Below, one piece after another: positions 10,013 to 20,038 of a stretch of DNA of 64,000 bases. The stretch is from positions 14,407-78,406 of the forward strand of contig JAZRBB010000008.1 of the NCBI GenBank assembly GCA_045634865.1. The letters are read 5' to 3'. Positions within the stretch are counted from its first letter, which is position 1; every line of letters starts with the position of its first letter. The notes beneath the pieces are model-generated. The model saw only the letters and a list, made by a program, of their open reading frames with translations. It made no database searches and had not been told where the DNA came from. Position numbers and translations under genes: made by a program. The DNA is from Candidatus Enterousia sp. GTDB taxonomy: Bacteria; Pseudomonadota; Alphaproteobacteria; Rs-D84.

Positions 10013-11272
10013 ATGCGCACATTAAAACCCGCTTTGTGTCGGTTGTTTGGTCGTATCCCGATGTTGTTCGGGCTGGTTTTATTTTGTTCTTTGATACCAG
10101 AATCTGCACATGCAGAATCCAGTGTGGTTGATGCTTTTAATCTTGCGCCCTTTGTGCCGTTGGTTCTTGAAACAATGATGAATATCGCAACATCATTGTA
10201 TAAATATTTTGTTGGTAATGGGACAGGACTGATTTATATTTTGATTTATGCATTCTTGGGATTTTATTTGGCATTGTATGCTTTTAAAATGTTTATCCCA
10301 AAAGATTGGTTATCTTTTCTTGGCTTTACCCCGGGCGATAGTATGTGGGATAATGTAAATGCTTGGACCGTAACAGAAAATGTTCTGAAACCTTGTTTGC
10401 GCGCAATTATTGCAGGGGCCGTACTTTTACAAATAAAACCAGTATATGTCACAGAAGTGTTGGTTAACCCATTTCTGGAATTTGGCGCAATTTATACTGA
10501 CAGCATTTTAACGACAGTAAACCCATCTTCATCAAATGCTGTGGGCGCACCAACATGTCCACCGTCTATCGCAGAAAAAGGATGGATTTCTGAAAGTAGT
10601 TGCGACTTTTTAATTCAACCTGTTTATACAATTTCCAAAGAAAACAATCGTGTTATTGAATACGGCTTTGACTTATTGAAACAGGGTTTTACAGGTATGT
10701 TGACTGTAATCCCGCGTGGGGGGCAAGATTTACTAAATATCATAACAGGTATTGTTTTGATTGCATCATTCGTGGCATCAAATTTATTTATGGCTCTGCT
10801 GATAATTCAGGGAATATTTGATTTTTGTTTGGCCTTGATTATGTATCCGTTCAAAGTGTTAACATGGGTTGCAAAAAAATCTGATAAATGGTTTGATGTG
10901 TTACCAGTATTTGATCAAATAATAAACGCACTAAAAAAATTGGTTATCACAATGATTGCGTGTGCGTTTATATTGTGCATAAACATAGCAATAGTTCATG
11001 CTTTGTTTAATTGGTCTTCACCAATATTATCTGGTGTTGCAGACGCCTCAAACAGTTTTGGGCAACATTCAATATTGTGGATTTCTGCTATTTTGACATT
11101 CTTCTTGATGCGCGCCATTTTCAATATGACACGCGAAAGACTGGAAAGATATTCTGGGGTATCTCATAACACATACAACGATGCCATCGCAACCGGAAAA
11201 AGAACATGGGAAAAATTGAAAGCAACGCCAAGTGTAATACAAAACATCTGGAATGGGGTAAAGAAGAAATAA
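10013..11272 (+). CDS. VirB6/TrbL-like membrane protein (paralogue B)
   Basis: Signal-like N-terminus, TM bundle, periplasmic loop with a Cys pair, and IQGIFDFCLALIMYPFKVLTW core segment. Confidence 0.7.
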   Translation: MRTLKPALCRLFGRIPMLFGLVLFCSLIPESAHAESSVVDAFNLAPFVPLVLETMMNIATSLYKYFVGNGTGLIYILIYAFLGFYLALYAFKMFIPKDWLSFLGFTPGDSMWDNVNAWTVTENVLKPCLRAIIAGAVLLQIKPVYVTEVLVNPFLEFGAIYTDSILTTVNPSSSNAVGAPTCPPSIAEKGWISESSCDFLIQPVYTISKENNRVIEYGFDLLKQGFTGMLTVIPRGGQDLLNIITGIVLIASFVASNLFMALLIIQGIFDFCLALIMYPFKVLTWVAKKSDKWFDVLPVFDQIINALKKLVITMIACAFILCINIAIVHALFNWSSPILSGVADASNSFGQHSILWISAILTFFLMRAIFNMTRERLERYSGVSHNTYNDAIATGKRTWEKLKATPSVIQNIWNGVKKK

Positions 11273-11273
11273 A

Positions 11274-12479
11274 ATGCAAAACATAGCGAACACTTTGATA
11301 GACAATGTTGCACAATGTTGGACATGTCCAATATTCGACAATTTGTTTGCTATAGTCTCTGACACTGCTGGCGCTTTGTATGACAGGTTAAGTTTTTTCA
11401 GCGTCGTTATTTTTAGTGTTTTATTTGCTTTTTATGTTTTGAACGTAGTTTGGCAAAATATAAAATCAGGTATAAATGATCCGACTTATCAAAAATCATT
11501 AAAACCGGTTTTAATAAAATCTGTGATGGTATTATCTTTGCTCGCTTTGGGATTAAATGTCCCAAGGTTTATTTCAACTATAACATTTGAACCTGTCGCA
11601 GAAATAACATTAGGTTTTTCTGAAACAATGTTGCCCGATGATTACAGAATTCCAGATGATTATTCTGCAATAAAGTTAAATGATAACGGATTCTTTAACC
11701 CACAGTTGCGTGATACAATTGTTAAAATTTTACAAACAAGTGTTGCTAGTTTTCAAGTGTTCATAAAACTTGGCATATCAATCATAGATGCATCATTTTC
11801 ATTCCCATCAAAAATTGAAGTATGGTTTATTATAAAACGTTTGTTGATATTGTTCATTGGATTATTCATTACATATAAGTTTGCACAATTCTTCATACAA
11901 TATTCGTTATGCTTTATGGATATAATATTTGCTATGGCAATGTTCGCGTTCTTTTTTCCTCTATCATTGGTGTTGTTTATATTTCGTGGCGCAGCCAGTT
12001 TGCCAGGCTGGCTGAAAAATCTTGGCAAAGACCTTGGTGGCGGGCAAATAAAAAAATTGATTAATGCAATTGTATCTGTTGTGGCTACAATTTTTACATA
12101 CACAATTATATTGCAACTGGTTCGTGGTTATCTTAACGGTTATGAATTAAATGCCGAATCCATTGAAAATACAACTCAGTCTATACTGAATTTCAACTTT
12201 GATAATCCTAATGTTGTTCAGTTGACATTTTTGGGTTCCATTGTTTTAATTTTTATCCTAAACTTTTTCAAGGGGAAAATACCAGATATAACAAACGAAA
12301 TCATGTCTACATTTGGATTATCTCAGGAAAATAAAATGTCAACAGAAATGGGTAAAAGTGTATTAGCATTGACCAACAATATTGCAAATCAAACAAAGAA
12401 ACTAATCAGTATTGCTGCAAACAAAGCAATAGAAATTGCTAAAAACGCAACCAAATCTGACACAAAGGATAAAAAATAA
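11274..12479 (+). CDS. VirB6/TrbL-like membrane protein (paralogue C)
   Basis: CWTCPIF motif; GFFNPQLRD matches GAFSPKLRH of paralogue A; MDIIFAMAMFAFFFPLSLVLF core. Confidence 0.7.
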   Translation: MQNIANTLIDNVAQCWTCPIFDNLFAIVSDTAGALYDRLSFFSVVIFSVLFAFYVLNVVWQNIKSGINDPTYQKSLKPVLIKSVMVLSLLALGLNVPRFISTITFEPVAEITLGFSETMLPDDYRIPDDYSAIKLNDNGFFNPQLRDTIVKILQTSVASFQVFIKLGISIIDASFSFPSKIEVWFIIKRLLILFIGLFITYKFAQFFIQYSLCFMDIIFAMAMFAFFFPLSLVLFIFRGAASLPGWLKNLGKDLGGGQIKKLINAIVSVVATIFTYTIILQLVRGYLNGYELNAESIENTTQSILNFNFDNPNVVQLTFLGSIVLIFILNFFKGKIPDITNEIMSTFGLSQENKMSTEMGKSVLALTNNIANQTKKLISIAANKAIEIAKNATKSDTKDKK

Positions 12480-12484
12480 TAAAT

Positions 12485-13930
12485 ATGGCATATGCTTGGC
12501 TTATATCTTGGTTGATAAAAATTTTAAGTGCTGTTACAGCACTTGGGGTTGGTATTTGGTATCTAAGTTCTTCTATTAATGGTGCATCTTTATCCTATAC
12601 CAGCGTCAGTAATTTTATGCAACAAATCGGTGTCCAGAATGGTGATATTGCATCTGCAAATGGATGTTTCTTGTGTGGATATATTGCAGATTTATTTGAT
12701 GTTATTGGTCGCGCCACAGAAATGTTTTGGACCGGCATAGTTAAATACCTGTGGATATTGATGGCTGTTGGTTTTGGGATATTTATCATTTTGCATACTG
12801 TGTCATACATTCATGAACAAGCAGCATCTAAAGATATCAAAGATTTATCCGGCAACGAACCAAAACTTGATTTCCAAAAATGGTTTACCAAAGTTTGGAA
12901 AACAGGATTACGCGTCATTATCGCAGGTGCTTTGATTGGCGCATTAAATTGGTCTGGAACAACCGCATTGAAAACAATAACAAATATCACAGTGACACCG
13001 GTTATGTACGTTGGAACAACACTGTCTTTGGCTGTGACAGGCGTTATCAGCGACGCACAATGCGATGTTTCTTTAGATTCAGAATCATCACAAAATGTTT
13101 TGACACCCATATTAAAACCATTTATGTGTGTTATGGGTAATTTGAACACAGTAATGCTGGCTGGTGCAGGTGGTGGATTTGCTTTGATGAATTATTCTTG
13201 GCTTGGGCTGGGTGGCGGTCTATTTACTTGGCTGGCAGGACTTGCTTTGGTTTTAATATTTTTGGCAATCGGGTTTGATTTGGTATTTCAGGTATTAAAT
13301 GTCATTTTCAAATTAATCTTTATTATCGTATTTATGCCGTTTTTCATAGCAGCATCTGCATTTGAAGAAGTTTGGAAAATCGCTAAAAAAGCGCCAGAGG
13401 CCGCTATAAACATATTGATTGATTCTGCTGTCAGCATAATAAAAATTGGTGTAAAAATATCTTTAATCTATGCTGTCGTGTATTTTTCAGCGGACAGTTT
13501 TTATCCAGGGCCAACGGATGGTTTTACAACTATTATGCCACCAATGTTTGGACAAATCGCACCTAAAAATTCTGATGCACAAACTATGTCGGTAATGGCA
13601 GTATTTTCAGAATGTGAAAAAGTCGCTTTGATTGATGGCGAAATGGATAAAGATAAATTCGTGACTTGCTTTAATGCACAAAAAAGTGTTGTTACAAAAA
13701 AATATCCTGATGCTTTTGATTTTATGGACGACGGTTTTTATTTCTTGATGTTCATGATTGGTGTTGCTTTTCTGTATTTGTGGATTATTTCACCAGAAAT
13801 CAACAAAATAATTGGTAGTCCTGCAAAAGAAGATTTTAATTATGGTACTTGGGTAAAAAATTTTGGTGTGATGGTTTACAAAGCGCCAGCAAAAATATTT
13901 GATGCAATCAAAGGTAATATGAAAAAGTAA
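12485..13930 (+). CDS. VirB6/TrbL-like membrane protein (paralogue D)
   Basis: GCFLCGYI motif; NVIFKLIFIIVFMPFFIAASAF core; extra Cys-paired loop near the C-terminus. Confidence 0.7.
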   Translation: MAYAWLISWLIKILSAVTALGVGIWYLSSSINGASLSYTSVSNFMQQIGVQNGDIASANGCFLCGYIADLFDVIGRATEMFWTGIVKYLWILMAVGFGIFIILHTVSYIHEQAASKDIKDLSGNEPKLDFQKWFTKVWKTGLRVIIAGALIGALNWSGTTALKTITNITVTPVMYVGTTLSLAVTGVISDAQCDVSLDSESSQNVLTPILKPFMCVMGNLNTVMLAGAGGGFALMNYSWLGLGGGLFTWLAGLALVLIFLAIGFDLVFQVLNVIFKLIFIIVFMPFFIAASAFEEVWKIAKKAPEAAINILIDSAVSIIKIGVKISLIYAVVYFSADSFYPGPTDGFTTIMPPMFGQIAPKNSDAQTMSVMAVFSECEKVALIDGEMDKDKFVTCFNAQKSVVTKKYPDAFDFMDDGFYFLMFMIGVAFLYLWIISPEINKIIGSPAKEDFNYGTWVKNFGVMVYKAPAKIFDAIKGNMKK

Positions 13931-13941
13931 AAGGAAACATC

Positions 13942-15282
13942 TTGATGCGAATTGTGAAATTATTATCGAGATTTATGATTTGCATATTATGCATATTTTG
14001 CATAAGCGGTGTTTATGGCGAAGAAAATTTACCCACTGAACAAGATTCAATACCTGAACAAATTGTTGACCAAGAAATAATATCTGAACAAGAACAGAAT
14101 TCAGAACAACCCACAGAACAAAAAAAATGGCTAGACACAAACGATATAACAACATTTAATAAAAACATTTCCAGGGATTTTGATAAATTCGAACCAAAAA
14201 TCGATTTAAATCCCGATACTTTTGTACCAATTGAAGCAAAACTGGGTTTAATGTTGATGAAGGCTTTATCAGTAATTGATACTGTTTTACAAATGTCATT
14301 GGTTCAATTTGCAATTATATTTTTATTGTTTATGTATATTTTTTGGGTTGGACTGGAAGCATATAAACTTATTCGCGATTCAGGCGATTACAAGACCGCT
14401 TTGTATAACATATTCAAGCAAGGGATTACCATCGCCATATGGATTATTATATTAAACTATGGTCCAATAAAGATTTTTTCGATGATTGTGTCTCCAATTT
14501 TAGCACTGGGAACATATTTGTCTGACTTTATATTGGGGGCTGTTGCAGAAACTTACAAAGTCAATATTCCTGACACATGCGCCGCAATTCACAATTATGT
14601 GAATGCAGATAAATCATTAGATTTATTGGTTGATGCAGATACCGCTGCCAATATAATGTGTCTGCCATCACGTATATCTGTATATTTTTATCATGCGACA
14701 GCAACGGGTTTTCAATGGATAAAATACGGGCTGGGCCACAGTATAACGATGATAGTTGTTGGTATTGTATCAATTGTTATATTTGTAAAATGTATATTCA
14801 AATATGCGTTTATGGCATTGGGTATCGCTACAAGTTTATTTTTAACATTGATGATGTTGCCTTTTACAGCATTGGCTGAATCTATGCCATCAAATTCAGA
14901 AAAGAATATTGCAGGTCAATTATTCAATGGTCTATTAAAAGTATTTAATACGCAAAAACTAACTAGTGTATTGTTCGTATTCGTAAATGCTGCGGTGTAT
15001 TTTGTCAGTTTATCAATTGTGATTGCAATATGCGCTGCATTACTGGCAAATATTATATCTTTGGACAGCAACGGTGGATATTCGGTCGGTTCTGTGATAA
15101 CGACTATCTTGGCTGGTTATTTGGTTTTATATTTTGCAAATCAGACTGATAGTTTAGCGAAAAAAATTGGTGGCAATGTCGATAACACGTATACCAAACA
15201 ATTCCAAGATGCAGCAAAAACCGTATGGGGCAACGCAAAAAATCTTGCAACAAAATTAGCACAAACCTGGATAAAAAAGTAA
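13942..15282 (+). CDS. VirB6/TrbL-like membrane protein (paralogue E)
   Basis: Signal peptide, acidic E/Q linker, TM bundle, and ALGIATSLFLTLMMLPFTALAE core. Start is TTG 13942 or ATG 13945. Confidence 0.7.
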   Translation: MMRIVKLLSRFMICILCIFCISGVYGEENLPTEQDSIPEQIVDQEIISEQEQNSEQPTEQKKWLDTNDITTFNKNISRDFDKFEPKIDLNPDTFVPIEAKLGLMLMKALSVIDTVLQMSLVQFAIIFLLFMYIFWVGLEAYKLIRDSGDYKTALYNIFKQGITIAIWIIILNYGPIKIFSMIVSPILALGTYLSDFILGAVAETYKVNIPDTCAAIHNYVNADKSLDLLVDADTAANIMCLPSRISVYFYHATATGFQWIKYGLGHSITMIVVGIVSIVIFVKCIFKYAFMALGIATSLFLTLMMLPFTALAESMPSNSEKNIAGQLFNGLLKVFNTQKLTSVLFVFVNAAVYFVSLSIVIAICAALLANIISLDSNGGYSVGSVITTILAGYLVLYFANQTDSLAKKIGGNVDNTYTKQFQDAAKTVWGNAKNLATKLAQTWIKK

Positions 15283-15283
15283 A

Positions 15284-17359
15284 TCAAACAAAACGCAAAA
15301 AATCACGCGCGACGTTTTTAATACCCTTGGTCTTGAAAGCAACGGTTAAAATATTATTGTTTTCTGCAATTACTACACCAGCACCCATTTCAGCATGTAC
15401 AACCATTTTGCCAACCACAGATTCAGATTTGAATTGTTTTGGTTTTGATTGCATTTGATAAGATTGATTAGGTTTAGAATAACTATGCCCTTGGATATTC
15501 ATAAACTGTTTATCAATTTCATCTATGAAACGAGATTCGGATTGATACTGCCGTTGTCCAAACACAGAGCGCACCATCGCGTTTGTTATTATAGCACGAA
15601 CACGCGCACGTGTAATCGCAACATAGGCCAAACGACGCTCCTCTTCTATATCGCCTTCTTTGGTTGTTTTATCATTTGGGAATATTCCCTCTTCCCAACC
15701 TGGTAAAAACACAGTATTAAATTCCAAACCTTTTGCAGCATGAATCGTCATAATACTGACCACATTTTTATCATCGTTTTCATTGTCATTATCATCTGTC
15801 ATCATTAATGCGGCATGTTCCAAAAATGCGGGTAAAGTATCATATTTAGAAACAACACCATCAATCAATTCACGAATGTGTTCTATGCGTTCTTCGGCAT
15901 CATTATCTTTGGATTGACGCCACATATTCATATAGCCAGAGTTTTCCAACAACTGCGATACAGCATCTTTTGGTGTTGTGTTTTGCCAATCAAAATCAAA
16001 AGCATTCAGAAAATCTTGGGCAGCTAGATTTTGTTTCGCAGATAAATTTGCAATTTTCAATCCATCCATTAAACTTTTTCCGCACGCACGCAATTTAGCA
16101 ATCGCGCTATCCCCAAAACCACGACGTGGTTTAGATATAATTCGTTCAAAAGATATATCATCAAACGGATAAACCAATAACCTTATATACGCAATTGCAT
16201 CGCGAATTTCTGCACGATCATAGAATTTTGTTGCGCCGACCAATTTATACGGCAAACCACGTGATGCAAACTCTTCTTCAAATGTTCTGGAAAGCGAACC
16301 TGCACGCATCAATATTGCAAAATCAGAAAAATTATTATCACCATTTCTGATAATTGTATCTGCAACAAAACGCGCTTCGTCCCATTCGTTCGGCAAAGAC
16401 AACACATACACAGGTTCACCCATATCTGTATTTGGCGCACATCTTAAATCTTTGCCCAATCTGCCTGTATTATGTTTTATCAATGAATTTGCAGCACCAA
16501 GTATATTTCCGCTGCTGCGATAATTCGTTTCCAGACGAATAATTTTTGCCCCAGGGTAAGTTTGTTCGAATTCCAAAATATTTCTGATTTCTGCACCACG
16601 CCACGAATATATAGACTGGTCATCATCACCAACACAACAAATATTCGGATTTTCAATATCTTTGGTCAGCATTTTCAGCAACATCATTTGCGCCGCATTG
16701 GTATCCTGAAACTCATCAACCAAGATGTATTTGAATTGGTGCTGGTATTTGCTTGAAATTTCAGGCTGGGACGCGAATAATTTTATAACAAACAAGATTA
16801 TATCACCAAAGTCAATCGCGTTCAGACGGGCAAGTTCTGCGTTATATGCCGCTAATATTTTCTGACTGGTCGCTGCTAATGGTATTTTTTCCAGTTCATA
16901 TATACCTTTGTCTTTAATCGACGATATTTTTTCCACCCAATCAGACGGATTAAACTCCTTGGTATCCAGTCCAAGATTTGTTATCACACGTTTTAACACA
17001 GCCTTTTGATCGTCTTCGCCATAAATCAAAAAATCACGTTGCAATCCAGCCATTGAATAATTAGACCGCAAAATTCGCAAACATATCGAATGAAAAGTTC
17101 CCATCCATAAATCCATACACAAATGTGCAATTTCGCCATATTGCGCAATTCTGAATCGCATTTCATTGGCTGCTTTGTTAGTAAAAGTCAAAGACAATAT
17201 TTGCCATGGCAAAGCCAAATTTTCACTTAAAATATGTGCAATCCTGGACGTCAAAACACGCGTTTTACCTGTTCCTGCACCAGACAGCACTAACAAAGGC
17301 CCTTCGGTCGTTGTGACGGCTGATTTTTGTTCTGGGTTAAGATTATCCATATAGTGCAT
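15284..17359 (-). CDS. uvrD: UvrD/PcrA-family DNA helicase
   Basis: SGAGTGKT, TFTNKAA, LVDEFQDTN, VGDDDQSIYSWRGA, NYRS, MTIHAAKGLEF, EERRLAYVAITRA. Start uncertain (17350-17371). Confidence 0.95.
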   Translation of the reverse strand: MHYMDNLNPEQKSAVTTTEGPLLVLSGAGTGKTRVLTSRIAHILSENLALPWQILSLTFTNKAANEMRFRIAQYGEIAHLCMDLWMGTFHSICLRILRSNYSMAGLQRDFLIYGEDDQKAVLKRVITNLGLDTKEFNPSDWVEKISSIKDKGIYELEKIPLAATSQKILAAYNAELARLNAIDFGDIILFVIKLFASQPEISSKYQHQFKYILVDEFQDTNAAQMMLLKMLTKDIENPNICCVGDDDQSIYSWRGAEIRNILEFEQTYPGAKIIRLETNYRSSGNILGAANSLIKHNTGRLGKDLRCAPNTDMGEPVYVLSLPNEWDEARFVADTIIRNGDNNFSDFAILMRAGSLSRTFEEEFASRGLPYKLVGATKFYDRAEIRDAIAYIRLLVYPFDDISFERIISKPRRGFGDSAIAKLRACGKSLMDGLKIANLSAKQNLAAQDFLNAFDFDWQNTTPKDAVSQLLENSGYMNMWRQSKDNDAEERIEHIRELIDGVVSKYDTLPAFLEHAALMMTDDNDNENDDKNVVSIMTIHAAKGLEFNTVFLPGWEEGIFPNDKTTKEGDIEEERRLAYVAITRARVRAIITNAMVRSVFGQRQYQSESRFIDEIDKQFMNIQGHSYSKPNQSYQMQSKPKQFKSESVVGKMVVHAEMGAGVVIAENNNILTVAFKTKGIKNVARDFLRFV

Positions 17360-17438
17360 ATATTTTTCCAATTTTCCGTATTGTAATTTATAAAAGATTT
17401 CTATACAATCACTTTGTTATATGAATTATGGATTAATT

Positions 17439-18122
17439 ATGACACGAATAATTTGCTTTGATATTGAAACCACAGGCTTTGAATACATGCGCGGCGATCG
17501 TTGCATTGAAATTGGCGCTGTGGAATTGGTTGACGGCAAATTAACAGAAAATACTTTTCATGAATACATCAATCCAGAAGGTAAAATCATTCCACCTGAA
17601 ACATATATGGTGCATAAAATATCGAATGCTTTTTTGGAAGATAAACCAAAAATGTCCGTAATTGCACCAAAGTTTTTGGAATTTATCGGTGATTCCCAAA
17701 TTGTTGCGCACAATGGTTTGGACTTTGACTTTCCGTTTATAAATTATGAATTGGAAAAGTTGAATCTGAAACCAATACCACGTAATCAAATGCTGGATTC
17801 TATTGTGATTGCACGAAATCGTGTCTTTGGGCCCAAGGCTTATACATTGGACGCATTGGCCAAATGGTTTGGTGTATCTTTAACTGCGCGTGCAGATGCC
17901 CATGGCGCGTTGATTGACGCGGAAATTTTAGCGCATGTATATTTGGAATTGGAAAACACCGCCCCAGCGCAAGATATAAACGAATTTATGGACGAACAAC
18001 ATGCTGCTTTCTTGAAACATCCAAAAATTGGTACAGATTTTCCAAAACGCAGTTTTCCAGTCCCAGAAGACGAATTGAAAATCCATAACGAATTTATGGA
18101 TAAGTTATTAAATTCGGATTAA
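17439..18122 (+). CDS. dnaQ: DNA polymerase III epsilon subunit (3'-5' exonuclease)
   Basis: DIETTG, IEIGAVE, AHNGLDFD and HGALIDAEILA (DEDDh). Start is 17421 or 17439. Confidence 0.92.
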   Translation: MTRIICFDIETTGFEYMRGDRCIEIGAVELVDGKLTENTFHEYINPEGKIIPPETYMVHKISNAFLEDKPKMSVIAPKFLEFIGDSQIVAHNGLDFDFPFINYELEKLNLKPIPRNQMLDSIVIARNRVFGPKAYTLDALAKWFGVSLTARADAHGALIDAEILAHVYLELENTAPAQDINEFMDEQHAAFLKHPKIGTDFPKRSFPVPEDELKIHNEFMDKLLNSD

Positions 18123-18153
18123 ATACAGTTTTTATCAGTCTGGTTTGAGAGCT

Positions 18154-18203
18154 AATTCTCCCTTTGGAGGGAGTACCGGCGTAGCCGGGGAGGGAGGAGA
18201 ATT
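18154..18203. repeat. REP-like GC-rich palindromic element
   Basis: Outer arms AATTCTCC/GGAGAATT enclose CTCCCTTTGGAGGGAG and CCGGCGTAGCCGG hairpins, between convergent genes. Confidence 0.6.
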
Positions 18204-18205
18204 TA

Positions 18206-20038
18206 TTACTCGTTAAAATATACTGATGCGTCGTGCAGATTATATATTGTTCCGTTATAGTCCGCTTTCAGTTTATGTATTGATGAACTGTTTATCGTAT
18301 AATCATGTTCGCTGTTTGGTGTTGCGTGTATGTAATATGTATGTTCAGGATCAACCTGAATTACCAACGCATGTTCTGTGCGCTTGGTTTCTGCAACACA
18401 TACTTGCGAATTGTTGCCCAAATGGAAGTATTTACCAGAATCACAATGAAATCCCCAATCTGAATACAACACTTGATTACCAGTTAAAACATCGTTTGCA
18501 CCGATTACTGTGCCAGAACCGTTTTCCCAATTATCCAGAACTGTATCAGGTTTTGTTGGGCTGTATGACGGCAAATTATATCCAGAGCCATTGTTCCCGT
18601 CATAATATACATCTTCTTTTTTCAATAGCGTATTATTATCACTGTCAATAAAGGTCACCTGGGCATAACATGTGTCGTTTGTAGAATCATAAAGCGGATA
18701 TTCCGCGGAACATTGTGTACATGATTTACGGTTTTCCCAATACGATTCAAACCCAGTTATATATTGTGTTGTACCAGCGGGGCACGATGTAGCCATACTA
18801 TTTGTGCCATGAAATATTTGATACATTTCATCAGTGGCCTCTGTGCTTTTATCAATACCCGCAAACAATTCTGGTGGAACAGAACCTGACAAACGAGAAT
18901 CGTTATAAAAGGTTCTGTAAAACATACTTGTTGCTGGTTTACCGATAATGCCCGAGAACAGGTCACCTGGTATTTGTCCCTTCAAATAAAAACAAGAATA
19001 AAATGTATTAGTAAACATACTATTAGCGGGACGACCCTGTATTCCAGAAAATAAATTTCCAGGTATTGTCCCATTGATTTTTGAACATGTAGAAAAAGTC
19101 CCGTTAAACATAGATGTTGCCGGGGCACCAGATATACCAGCAAATAAAGTTGGGGGTATCGCATATTTCATGCCCGGATTGTTCGGATCATCTATATCTG
19201 TTCCTGTTAAATTAGAACATTTATAAAATGTACTACTAAACATGCTTGCCGCGGGTTTGCCAGATAAACCACTGAACAAATCACCAGGTATTGTCCCTGT
19301 TAAACCCGAACATCCGTTAAAAGCGGCATAAAACATATATGTTGCAGGGGCACCAGACAGTCCAGAAAACAAAGTTGGCGGTATCGCATATTTCATTCCG
19401 GGGTTATTTGGATCGTCTATGTCTGTCCCACTTAAAGATGTACAACCAGCAAAAATGGCACGAAACATATACCCTTGCCCCTTGCCTGTAATACCAGAAA
19501 ACAAATCTGCAGGTATCGGCCCAATTAAATTGGAACATTTGTAAAATAATGTATAAAAACGTGGCTGATATGCAGATGTGCTACCAGTACCAATTGTTGG
19601 GAATATAGCCCCGAGCGAGCCAGATATTTGTTTTATGTTATCGTATGTGTTATTATGTGTAAAATCTGACGTGTTACCAAACAAAATAGCAGCCATATTT
19701 GCCGCATTTCCACCAACCGTTGTGTACCCCGTTGCACGTCCACCAAATTTAATTATGTATTCGTTGGCACTGGCGTAATTATGGGTGTATTCGGTTATTG
19801 TTGTGCCAGTGCGGTTTATCATTTGAACATTACCGTCACCCCAATCAATGTAAAATGTCCCCTTGGCAGACATATTAAATACGAATTTGTTTGTGTCGTT
19901 GGTTGTGGTGATTTGGAATTTGTTTTCTATGCAATTACCATCGTATTCAAATTCATTGCTTTGGCATGTGATGGCGTATGCAGAACCCGTTGCATAAACC
20001 AGCAACACACACAAAATCTGCATCAATCGTTTTAACAT
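18206..20038 (-). CDS. Surface protein with PKD-like domain, LRR-like (BspA/DUF285-type) repeats, Cys-rich module, InlB B-repeat-like domain and Cys-led C-terminal domain
   Basis: Signal peptide; YIDWGDG; about 8 copies of P-x-x-LF-S/A-G-x-x-G-x-PA-x-x-MF-x-x-TF-x-x-C; CPAG...CTQC. Start at MLKRL with a GGGG RBS. Confidence 0.8.
   Translation of the reverse strand: MLKRLMQILCVLLVYATGSAYAITCQSNEFEYDGNCIENKFQITTTNDTNKFVFNMSAKGTFYIDWGDGNVQMINRTGTTITEYTHNYASANEYIIKFGGRATGYTTVGGNAANMAAILFGNTSDFTHNNTYDNIKQISGSLGAIFPTIGTGSTSAYQPRFYTLFYKCSNLIGPIPADLFSGITGKGQGYMFRAIFAGCTSLSGTDIDDPNNPGMKYAIPPTLFSGLSGAPATYMFYAAFNGCSGLTGTIPGDLFSGLSGKPAASMFSSTFYKCSNLTGTDIDDPNNPGMKYAIPPTLFAGISGAPATSMFNGTFSTCSKINGTIPGNLFSGIQGRPANSMFTNTFYSCFYLKGQIPGDLFSGIIGKPATSMFYRTFYNDSRLSGSVPPELFAGIDKSTEATDEMYQIFHGTNSMATSCPAGTTQYITGFESYWENRKSCTQCSAEYPLYDSTNDTCYAQVTFIDSDNNTLLKKEDVYYDGNNGSGYNLPSYSPTKPDTVLDNWENGSGTVIGANDVLTGNQVLYSDWGFHCDSGKYFHLGNNSQVCVAETKRTEHALVIQVDPEHTYYIHATPNSEHDYTINSSSIHKLKADYNGTIYNLHDASVYFNE
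19146..19440. repeat. Internal 225-nt-period duplication in the surface-protein gene
   Basis: Blocks starting at 19146 and 19371 both encode GTDIDDPNNPGMKYAIPPTLF, with synonymous differences. Confidence 0.85.
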
